This document shows positions 23,537-34,279 of a stretch of 64,000 nt of DNA, one piece after another. The DNA lies in NCBI GenBank assembly GCA_002189035.1, contig NEEC01000008.1, forward strand, positions 3,224,001 to 3,288,000, in the 5' to 3' direction. A model generated the notes under the pieces. That model was given only the letters and a program-made list of their open reading frames with translations. It searched no databases and was not told where the DNA came from. Source of the stretch: Utricularia gibba. Taxonomy: Eukaryota; Plantae; Magnoliophyta. The translations under genes were made by a program, and so were the position numbers. How positions within the stretch are numbered: position 1 is the first letter of the stretch; each line of letters starts with the position of its first letter.

Positions 23537-24070
23537 TCCAATAAGATGACGCTATCTTTTTCTTTAACAAATTACTAATTTATAATTAAAAGGTGTCTTA
23601 TAAATGAATTTAATTACCTTATCTAACTTATCTCCGTAAACGAAATTTGGTGTTTTATGACATCATAATTTGAACAGGGTTAAAATTAATAATTATTTTT
23701 ATTATGAGTAAAACAGTATCTCTGTGACGAAGGCAACAACTGTCAGAGGATTGAATGAATCGGAACCTTAAAATCGGTTGATTTTTTGGGCAACAAAAAA
23801 TGGAAAAAGTTTTAAGAGGGAAATAAATGCGCCCCTACGCCTTGGAAGGAGCGTTGTGGAAAAGCGTCTGGGGTCAGTGGGTTGGAAGGGGAGACAAAGA
23901 AATCGCCAAACAATCTTCAACCATAAAGGGAAAAAAGGGAAAAGATCTCTACGCGCCTCGCGCCGGAGGGTGAAGGAGGAAAAAGGGGATAAAACCGGGA
24001 AGACAGAGCCCCTCATACACAAGGAATTCCTGCAGCTTTGCGTTTCTGCTTCTTGTCTTTATCTTCTTCG

Positions 24071-26286
24071 ATGGAGGAGTGGCCTACTTCTATGGATGAA
24101 TATGAGAAGCTTCTGGTTCGAATGTCCAAGCCCAGGTATGGTTGTGGGGTTCTGCTCTTCTGTTTCTGAAATGGGTTCTACTTCGTTATTTGTTTTTTTT
24201 TTTCTGAATTCGTTTGTGAACTGCCTGCCCAGTTTCTGTGAAGTTGGAAAACTAGTGGGTTTTCATTGGTGTAGTGCAATTTAAGGTTTGGAGTTGAAAT
24301 CGAGACGGGATTTCGATACTGTGTCGTGGCTTAATTGTGTTGGTTTTTTGATTCATTGAATTTGGGATCTGGTTTCTTGGGTTTTGGAAACTTCTATTTC
24401 TTCATCGTTTCGTGTTTCTCAGAAACGGATCAACTGCAAAATCAACTTTTTTTTTCTTTTCTTCATAGTCTAGTCATTGCCTTTGACTTGCGCGGCTTGT
24501 TTCGTTTCCCACGGAAACTTCACTGGTTTCCCTTAATGCCCTTGCCGATGTGACGGTGACAACTTCCGTGTGCAGGGTCATGATCGACAATGTCGGCTGT
24601 GCAGATGCAACAAGAGTCATGGTGTGAAAATGAATTCTTCAAACCAATGACAAATTCTTTTTCTCGCTTTTGTTGGCTACCCCACATGCTGATTGAGTCG
24701 TTGTGCTGTTGAACAGATTGATAGTGCTAGGAAGCATGCTTTTCTTCTAGAGGCCGTTCAAGTTTTGGCTGATTTGAATCTGTCTGTCAAGAAAGCTTAC
24801 ATCTCCTCAGATGGCCGCTGGTTCATGGATGGTGAGCCTTCAAACTTCATGTTCTTATGTTATTTATTGTTCTTGTTATATCAGTTGTTCTGTATTTTCA
24901 CTCTGCAGTTTTCCATGTGACTGATTTGAGTGGGAACAAGCTAACCAATGAGAGTATCTTGAAAACAATAGAGCAGGTATCATGACTGCCTTCTACCTCC
25001 AATTTAGAGAGTGTTCTTCTTAGTGTCTTAATGTGGATGGTTTGTGTCTTAACCGTGCAGTCACTTGAGGCAGCTCATGGTGGGAGATCGAAAGCTAAAA
25101 CCTTCGAAGGGGTAACCGCCCTCGAGCTCACTGGAACTGATCGAGTGGGGCTTTTATCAGAGCTTTTTGCAGTGATATCTAATCTAAACTGCAATGTGGT
25201 GGATGCTACAGTTTGGACACACAATGGTCGAATAGCCTCTTTGATTTACTTGAAAGATGATGATTCTGGATCCCCCATTGAGGACTTGAATAAGCTTGGC
25301 TTATTGGAGGTGATGTTGAGGAATGTCCTCAAGGGGCAGAATGACATTAGAAGTGCTCAAACATGTGTGTCTCTGGCAGCCACACATATGGAGAGGAGGC
25401 TCCATCAAATGATGTTTGCAGACTGTGACTACGAGAAGAAGCCGATCATAGAGACGTGCGGCGTGCATCCTGTTGTCTTTGTTCAGAACTTCTTGGAGAA
25501 GGATTACTCTGTTGTGAACATACACTGCAGTGATCGGAATAAGCTTCTGTTCGACATCTTGTGCACCCTGACTGACATGAAATACGTGGTTTTTCATGCC
25601 ATTGTCGATACTTCAGGAGACAGAGCATTCCTGGTATGATCCTTTCTCAGTTTTCTCTCATTTGCCTTCTCTGTTTCTGTAATGTGCTTCAACCATTTGG
25701 ATCATCTTCAGGAGTTCTTCATTAAGCACAACGACGGAACCTCGATCGGTTCAGAAGTCGAAAAGCAGCATCTTATTCTGTGCTTACAAGCAGCCATAGA
25801 AAGGAGGACATCTCAGGTAACTGTAAATCTTGATACACTCTTCTTCCCATTCTCTGCTTACTTACAGCAGCATCCTGATTGGAAACTGTGTCATCTGATC
25901 TGCAGGGGCTGAGGCTTGAGCTCTGCGCATCAGATAAAAAGGGACTCTTAGCAGAAGTCACGAGAACCTTCCGGGAGAACGGTCTAAACGTGACGATGGC
26001 CGAGATCTCAACAACCAGAGACACAGCTCTCAACACATTCTATGTCACTGATGCAATCGGTAACCTGCCGGATTCCAACACCATCGAATCCGTCCGGCAG
26101 TGGATCGGCATAAGCAATCTGAAAGTTGCTCACCATCCACCACTCTACCATCACCAGAACACACCCAACAAGGCTACCGTCAGCCCCAACACCAGCCCCA
26201 GCGCCGGCAGTGCAATGCTGCTCTCCCTTGGAAGCCTGGTGAGACGGAACCTCTACAACTTGGGCATCATCAGGTCATGTTCTTGA
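24071..26286 (+). CDS. ACR8: ACT domain repeat protein (ACR7/ACR8-like)
   Basis: [22 protein letters not shown]|VMIDN..; [13 protein letters not shown]|VFHVTD; [14 protein letters not shown]; [13 protein letters not shown]; DRNKLLFD; [27 protein letters not shown]; C-terminus [11 protein letters not shown]; GT-AG introns. Confidence 0.92.
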
Positions 26287-26686
26287 TGTTCTTGGTCAGT
26301 GCAGACAGGAATTCTTTGTACATAGAAAAGGGAGCAAGTTTTAGTCACCAGAAAGATGACAGACAGCATCTCATGAAGTAAAAGTACATAGCACCAGCAG
26401 CAGTAGCATTGAGAAAGGAAGATGGGTGGGTATAGGCATAGCACACAGCCCAGAATTGGTTAGTTAGCTTAGCTTCATTCTTAGTTTGGGAAGATGCATT
26501 CTATGTAATGTGTATATAAATTTTTCCATTATATTGCATTTCAAGCTTGCTCCTTAGCCATTCCCATTGGCTTTCAAAATGCTCATTCTTTTCTTGTTTG
26601 TGGGCCAAGGTTGTAAGAAACCAAGTGAGAGGAAGATTCAATTCAAGTCCTTTTTCAAGATCTTGACAATTAGGGTCGATGGGAAC

Positions 26687-26741
26687 GAGGTTTAGGGTTT
26701 AGGGTTTAAAATTTAGGATTTTGAATTAGTGTAGGGTTTAT
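26687..26741 (+). repeat. Degenerate interstitial telomere-like (TTTAGGG)n tract
   Basis: TTTAGGG x2 at 26691-26704 followed by 7-nt-phased variants TTTAAAA, TTTAGGA, TTTTGAA and TAGGGTTT. Confidence 0.5.
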
Positions 26742-27890
26742 AGTTCATAACTAACTACAAACAAGTGTAATTTAATCAAAATTCAAATCAATATTCAGTT
26801 GTTCTTATTTCAATTAAAACACTGTGTTTTAAAATGTCAAAAAATTGGTAAATCATCTGTACGAATTATTCATGATTTAAACTATCAGTTTAAAAAATAT
26901 TTTTTCAATTGTAATTATGAGATAATCATGGCTATGTTATAATTAAGATGTAATTTATTTATTAATATTTTGATTTACAATTCAATATAAATTTATCATA
27001 ATAGTTTATTGTTTGTAATTTTTTAATGTTTCTAAAAGATGTTAATACTCTTTATTTACTTTCGAAATTTGAAGGAAATCAAATTAATTTTTTTATGAAA
27101 ATTCATAATAATAACCTTATACCCAGTTAATACATTCAACAAGCTGGTAATAACAGCCAATCAAAATACTCCACGTGTATTACCAAATGATCATTATATT
27201 AACAAAAGGAGACAACCTAATTTCACTTTTCCCAACCAGATTCATTTTTCTGATCTGTATCCTTTTTTTTAATAAAAAAAATTGTCCTATCGGATTTCAA
27301 AGCATTTTATCAACCAAAATCCATAATTTCTTGATTTCAAATAATTAACAATTAATGTCCTCAACGAAATTCATTTTTTTCTTTCTTTTTTTATTCGAAA
27401 AAAAGCAATTCGGGATACCTAATTACCTTATTGTATTATTATTTTTCTGCAATGTCAAATCATTTCTCATCATGCGCCATTTCCGTAGATTAAAAAAATG
27501 AATAAAATAATGTTTATTGCCTTCCAAAATGGATTTATTTTTGGGGGAAAAAAGTTTCTCTTCTTCTTCGGTATGGAAGTTTAGTTCTTTTGTTGTACGA
27601 TGTACTACTCATTTCCTCTCCTCGCAGATCAAAAAGTTGATCTTTTTTACTGATTCGTTTGAATGGTCAGTTGAAGCTTGGATCTTTGTTTCTTTTCTTA
27701 GGGCGGTGAAAAAGTGGTTTTCTGAGGTTTCTGCTACTGGGAAAAGTGTAGTTTTTTATGCTTCTCATTCTGTTTTTGCACCTGAGTTTTAATTGCTACG
27801 GGTGTTCCTGATTACTAGAAGGAAAATGGGTATTTGGGTGGAGTTTTTTAGGCATTAGTTTGGACGTTTCTTCTTGTGTGGGGAAAAAAA

Positions 27891-29444
27891 ATGGAAGGTA
27901 CTAATACTTCGAGTAGCGGCGGGGTTACGATTGTGGGATCAGATGCTCCCTCTAATTACCAAGTTGTTCCTAGGACCACAAATTCTGCAAATTTAGCCCA
28001 GGTAACTGGATCGTATCCACCAACCGTGAGGGTGACAGTGCCATTAGCTGCTGGTTCTACCTCTTCAGCCACCGGAGACATCGGCGGCGGTGCCTTGAAA
28101 AAGAAGAGGGGGAGGCCGAGAAAGTATGGCCCAGATGGCTCTGTGGTGGTTTCATCCAAGCGTATTTCCTCTGCCGCGCCGTCGATAATTGATTTCTCTG
28201 CGGGAGGGAATCATGAGAAAATACGGCCGCTCGGGGTTCGGCCTCTGCAGGCGAGAATAGAGATGGATATTTTAGGTAAATGGAGGTTCCTTTTTTTGTT
28301 CTTCAGCTCTTCAAGTGCATTTTGATGCATAGAAGTAGTGGGGCCTCTGAATTTTGGTCATGGGGTGTGTAAAAGTTGCCCCAGAACAAGGCCAAGAAAA
28401 GGGGAGGTTTAGTTCAAGTTTTTATTTTTATCTTCAGATCTCATCTCTTGTTCTTTATACTAAGAAAACAGTAGAGTTTCTTTTGCACTGTGTCCTTGTG
28501 CTTAGCTTGGTTGGTGTTCAGAGCATGTGGTTACCTGTGCTGTGATGCCATTCTCCTTTCTTTGTGAAGCATCTACTGTATAAGTTGTGCTGTGAACTTG
28601 GGAAAACAGTAGTTCTGCCTACTGCTACTATATGCCTTTTGTTCCTTGTGCAGGAGATTGGGTTTCACGTTCGGTTGGTGCGAATTTCACTCCGCATATA
28701 ATCACAGTCAATCCCGGAGAGGTGAATCGTTGGTCGAATACCCTTTGGACAATGATATCTAGTGATTGAAAACTTAATGGCTTTTGCAAGGAATCTACTG
28801 ACTGATACGAAGATTCGATTTGTTCCCACAGGATGTTACCATGAAAGTCATATCCTTCTCGCAACAAGGGCCCCGTGCAATATGCATTCTTTCTGCTAAT
28901 GGCACAGTTTCTAGTGTCACTCTTCGCCAGCCTGACTCTTCTGGTGGAACACTGACATATGAGGTGCTGCATTCAGTAAACTTCTTCCTCAGTGACTGTA
29001 AAAAAGCTTCTCTTTTTCATGCATATTAGTTGCTTTTGCTGATGTTTGTTCTTGTTTTATGTTGGTTCAGGGCCGCTTTGAGATACTTTCGTTGACAGGA
29101 TCGTTCATGCCCTGTGAGAATGGAGGGATGAGGAACAGATCCGGTGGGATGAGTGTTTCCTTGGCCAGCCCCGACGGCCGTATCGTGGGAGGTGGAGTTG
29201 CCGGCTTACTAGTCGCAGCGAGCCCCGTTCAGGTATCCATCTCCTTCCTTTTTCCCGAGCAGGCTCGTCCCTGCATTCGATCATAGCCACTCATTTCTCT
29301 TTATAGATCGTGGTCGGAAGTTTCCTAGCCAGAAATCAGGTGGACCAGAATCCAAAGAGGCCAAAGCCAGACCCCATCCGTGCAGTCCCGATTGCCAGTC
29401 CGGCGGTGGACGACAGCACTCCGCCTCGCCCCACGGAAAGCTAG
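27891..29444 (+). CDS. AT-hook motif nuclear-localized protein (AHL clade B, AHL1/2-like)
   Basis: AT-hook KKKRGRPRKYGPDG; PPC domain DWVSRSVGANFTPHIITV, GPRAICILSANG, GRFEILSLTGSF, GGGVAGLLVAASPVQ|IVVGSF; stop at 29442-29444. Confidence 0.92.
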
Positions 29445-29798
29445 CCCTACTAGACGAAGTTGTTCGATAATCGACGCGGTGGCCGGAGGAACAGGAAGGC
29501 CATCGGCGTTAGAGTAGCCCGCCTTGCCTTGGAATACATCTTGTGTTGTTATTGAGCTTCATTAAGAAACACGAGTACTAGACTTAGAATCAATCTTTTG
29601 GAATTCGATAAAATTTCAAATTAAACTTAAAAATCGAAATTTTGGATAAATAGATCAAAATTATGCATTTTTTTTTTAAAAAAATCACATAGGTTTTATA
29701 ATTGTAATTAATTTTAATTAAAAGTAAAAATAAGTAAATATCTAGGGGACCTTCCGACACAATGAAGGGTAAATTATGCAAGGTAGTCAGCGCAGGCC

Positions 29799-29948
29799 AT
29801 GGTGGCTGCGTTTTCATTGTTGCTTCCTTGCATTATTGTCTTAACGTCCACGTCGGCGGCGGCCGCCGACCGGAGTCTCCAAGCTGAAAAGCTGTTGCCC
29901 AAGCCATCAGTCTTCTGTTTTGAACCCCTTAACCTTTGGGTTGATTAG
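29799..29948 (+). CDS. Candidate 49-aa secreted small ORF (unverified)
   Basis: GCCATGG start context; MVAAFSLLLPCIIVLTSTSAAAA|DRSLQAEKLLPKPSVFCFEPLNLWVD*; lies in a GC-rich island within AT-rich intergenic DNA. Confidence 0.3.
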   Translation: MVAAFSLLLPCIIVLTSTSAAAADRSLQAEKLLPKPSVFCFEPLNLWVD

Positions 29949-31372
29949 AATTTTGGGCAGTGTGGTGATTTTAGTGTGTGATAAGAATAAGAATATGACT
30001 ACTTTTGTAAATAATCTCTTTATAATCTAAAAATATACAAAAAAAAGATCAGAATCAAAAAAATTATGTAATAATAATTCTGTAAATACATAAAAATTGT
30101 CGAAGTTATAGATGAATATCGTAATAATAGAGAATTGATTATTTTAAAAATTTTTTAAAAATAGAGTCAAGCAAATAACAATAAAAAAAAGTTTTAAAAC
30201 AATAGAAACAATGAATTTGAGTCAAGACTCGGAATCTATCAAGTTTTTCTCTATATGCACGTATAAACTGTAAATTAAGTTCTGATTATGTTATTATAAT
30301 TAATTAAACTAACCTACCAAATACACCAATGAAACAAGAGATGCTTGAATTATGGCCATCGGCCTTTTTTACTACCTTGTCCCAAGCATCTCCTCCTCTC
30401 GTTTTTTGTCTCAATCTCATTTTGCATACATTTCAGTCTCGTTATTTTCTTAGCTCAATCAACTTATAGAATTCTAAGATTTAAACGACGATGAATGGAA
30501 ATCGAACTACAGTAGTATAAAGTATGCATCAACATCAAACAAGGACAGACGTAAATTTGTGTAATAACTTTTAATTTAGGTTCTAGTTGGAGTTTACTCG
30601 TGTTCCCCAAAAAAATGAGACCATGTATATCATCATGACTTAAGTTCGCTATAATTATGAAATTTGGCATGTGACTTATTATAATCTCATGGTTGGCTTC
30701 ATCATCAATAGTTCAACATGGTCCGAATTCCGTACGCACTCAACTATTGTAACGAATCCGACACGTCACTAGGAAAAAAAACACAAATACTGTGACCAAG
30801 AGACGGAACTTTAAATGCGATTAAATTACCCTAAGATTAAAAAAAACACGCTTCCTTTTAGTATCCTACTGGATCCAAAATTATATTTTTTAAAACAACA
30901 TGATTTGCGTTTTATCATTAAAATGACGTCATTTTTACGAGTTTTAGAATCATATTTGTTGATAACGTAGAATACAAATTACCAGTGTTTTAAAATCGAA
31001 TTCAATACATTTTTTATTTACTCATTATTTTATATTAAATATATTTTTACAAATTCAGGAATTAGATTGAATTAGGTGTGTAACCCTAGTTCAATCCCAT
31101 ATTTTGAAACAATTTTTTTAATAAATTATTTAAAAAAATTAAATTAATAATGATTTTATATTCTGTGAAATTAAATGAATTTAAAGAAATATTCCAGCTG
31201 TGTATTTGACGAGGTGAGTTGCAGCGAAGACTGTTAGAAATTTCCAGGTGTTTACAGTTAATGACCAGAGAGCGCCCGTCCTCAAGCTGCATAAATACCC
31301 TCCCATGCACAAATTCTCGCCCTACTTCCTGCGCTCTTCTACTCCAGGCGGCATCGCATTCACTCCGGACTT

Positions 31373-31723
31373 ATGGAGAGTTGGCTGCACCAAGCGATGC
31401 TGCTGCTCATCATATTCCTGTGTGCGCTGTCTCCATCGTTGCGCAGAACCCTACCGCCGTCTTCACCCCATATCTCCGGCTTCATGTGTAGGGTACACAG
31501 AGCGTTTGACATTTTCGAGCTGAGCCCCGCCACCGCAGCTTGCACAGACGATGATGATGAAGTTAACTGTGGTAATCGGTCGGAGATGGACGACGAGGAT
31601 GATGAAGACGATGAAGCCTTTCGGAAAAGATGCGAGGATTTTATTGCTCTGGTGAATGGGCGCTGGAGGGAAGAGATCCTCTCGGAGAAGCATTCCAGGA
31701 ATCCAAACCCTGCCGTAGAGTAA
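31373..31723 (+). CDS. Small DUF761 (cotton-fibre-expressed)-like protein, intronless, 116 aa
   Basis: N-terminal hydrophobic segment, acidic tract, C-terminal EAFRKRCEDFIALVNGRWREE resembling the DUF761 motif; TATA-like CATAAATA at about 31290. Confidence 0.6.
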   Translation: MESWLHQAMLLLIIFLCALSPSLRRTLPPSSPHISGFMCRVHRAFDIFELSPATAACTDDDDEVNCGNRSEMDDEDDEDDEAFRKRCEDFIALVNGRWREEILSEKHSRNPNPAVE

Positions 31724-32009
31724 GTTTTCGTGCCTAAGGTTTTTGATTGTATTTTATTTGCATAAAATGTCGATCAAGCCATCATTGGTTTAGAAATACC
31801 AACTTGTTAATGCATTTACGTCATTACTATGGAGGGTGGCACTCAAATGGATGAGACCTATTGATTAGCAAAACGAGTAGTGATTAGCAAAATGATTAGT
31901 GATTAGGATTTGCAAGCTCGCACGCAATTGATCAGATCTATGGTTAGGGTTATTAATTATCAAAGATTAATCCCATTTAACACGTCATTAGGGTTAGCAT
32001 AGCCCGTAT

Positions 32010-32240
32010 TTGTTTGAATTCATAAACGCTTATCCTAATCACTCCTATTCGGAACCTTGGTTTGAAACCGAAACTAGACCGACCGGTTCATCCACTGAAA
32101 TTGTGAACCGGAGTCTGGTTTGGATAAGAAAAAAAACTAATCCCACGTCATTAGTGTTTAGGATCACTAATACTTTGTTAGTAAAAACCGAAACCAAACC
32201 ACACGATTATTCCACCAAAACCAATAAACGACGGTAATTC
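32010..32240. mobile_element. AAACCG-rich degenerate MITE/hAT-like relic
   Basis: Cluster of AAACCGAAAC, GACCGACCGGTTC, GAACCGG and AAACCAAACC motifs; no ORF or clear terminal repeats. Confidence 0.25.
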
Positions 32241-32421
32241 AAATTTGATTTATTCGAGTAATCATGAATAAATAATGAATTTATTGAATGATTTAAAAAT
32301 TATGTAAGATAGATATTACTTAAATTTAATAATTTATAAAATTAAAAATATTTGGTGATCATGGAAGATAGCAACCGGTTTTATTTCCCTGAACCCGGGT
32401 CAGGAATTGTGGATGGAATCG

Positions 32422-32595
32422 CACGTGACGTGGGTGCACCTGCACATGCAATGCGCAAATCCTCCCTCTTCCATGGCCATGACCTGGCCTCCACGTGTCG
32501 ACTCGAGATTCTTCATGTGCCGAGTGCCTGTTTTGCCACTCCCTTCCACTTTCTACCCTGCACCAAACCGTCTCATCTCACTCGCCAGTCACGTG
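32422..32595. promoter_or_regulatory. Three G-boxes (CACGTG) immediately upstream of SMO1
   Basis: CACGTG at 32422-32427, 32492-32497 and 32590-32595. Confidence 0.45.
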
Positions 32596-32601
32596 CCGCC
32601 G

Positions 32602-34279
32602 ATGCTGCCGTACGCCACCCTCGAAGCGGCGGCAACTGCCCTCGGAAGGCCTCTCTCATGGGGGGAGACGCTCTGGTTCAACTACTCGGCCGATAAGTCC
32701 GATTATTTTCTCTATTGCCACAATATCCTCTTCCTCTTCCTCATTTTCACCCTTGTCCCGCTATACTATGTTTCGCTTGAATACTTCCTTCGGAAATTTG
32801 TTGGGTACTATAAGATTCAACCTAAGGTGAACCTCTCATTCGCTGAAATTACACAGTGCTACAAATCGGTGTTGAAATTGTTCTTCCTGATTGTTGGGCC
32901 CCTTCAACTCGTCTCCTATCCCTCGGTTAAGGTACATTTTAGGAATCCGAGTTCTTTGGCTTTTGGGGATGCTCTTGGTGCATTTTGGTTTTATGGTGTT
33001 GATTCTGATAAATTGTGAATTTGGTTTTTTTTGTTTCGAGATGATTGGAATAAGAACAAGTTTACCGTTGCCCTCGTTGGGGGAAATTCTGTCCCAATTG
33101 TTGGTGTACTTTGTTGTGGAAGACTACACGAACTACTGGTTGCATAGGTTACTTCACCATGGTTGGGGTTATGAGAAAATTCATAAGGTGCATCATGAAT
33201 ACACAGCTCCGATTGCCTTCGCTGCCCCATATGCTCACTGGGCTGAGATTTTGATTCTTGGAATCCCCTCTTTTCTCGGCCCGGCAATGGTACCCGGTCA
33301 TATGATTACCTTGTGGTTGTGGATTGCTTTGAGGCAGATTGAAGCCATTGAAACTCACAGTGGGTATGCACTTTGTTCCTTTCACTGGTTTAGTAAATGC
33401 CAGGTTGGTGAGGTGCACTTACTGGTATTTTCTAACACAGTTACTGTTTTTCTCACAACAGTAATATGCTTTGGTTGCTCCTGCTCATTTGCAATCAATC
33501 AAAAGAGATAGGATTGGTCATTGTCGAAAGCGTGCTATATATTCCTGCGTGGCCCCCCTTCTGTGTTGGGATAATTACTGCTCATTAAGACTTTGCAGGA
33601 AATGTTCTGATATCTATGTAATAAAAAATGTTGTGATACCTGTGATGTGCATATCTCGCAGTTATGAGTAGCTTTGCTGCTAAATGCCTTCTCGTATTCA
33701 GTTAAAAAGCTCAGCAATTTTTTTCCTTTTGAAGAAGCTTATGCCATTACTGAATGCAGCTATGATTTCCCTTGGTCTCCAACAAAGTACATCCCTTTCT
33801 ATGGCGGCGCAGACCACCATGATTACCATCATTATGTTGGTGGACAAAGTCATAGCAACTTTGCCTCTGTTTTCACATATTGTGATTACATATATGGCAC
33901 TGACAAGGTGATGGCTTTTAGATTTCATGGAGCTCCATTCTAGAATCGTGACAACTTACTTTTTCTGGTTCTCTTAATCAACAGGGTTACCGATATCAAA
34001 AAAAAGTGCTGAAGCAGGTATGTTTCCCGTTTCTCTTCAGATACATGTTGCTGAAATGCCTTCTATTTCTATCATCACCATATACTGTATCAGCTCCCTA
34101 TCTCCAAAGATCCATATTTGTATACTGCAGCAATGCCATTTTTCTTAAACAGTTAACACTTATTCGTTTCCATTCTCACTTGTGGTCCTTTTACTGGTTG
34201 TCACTCCTAGCTACGAGATGGAACTATAACCAGCAAGGAGAAGAGTGGAGCTGCTGGAGAAGACATAAAAATCGACTAG
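32602..34279 (+). CDS. SMO1: Methylsterol monooxygenase 1 (sterol 4-alpha-methyl oxidase SMO1)
   Basis: MLPYATLEAAATALGRPLSWGETLWFNYSA; three His boxes HRLLH, HKVHH, HHDYHH; IETHSG|YDFPW; five exons with GT-AG introns; stop at 34277-34279. Confidence 0.95.

Noticed and set aside
23778-24284. 168-aa Lys/Arg-rich ORF upstream of and overlapping ACR8
   Set aside because: Low complexity, non-ATG start, and it runs through promoter, UTR and intron 1
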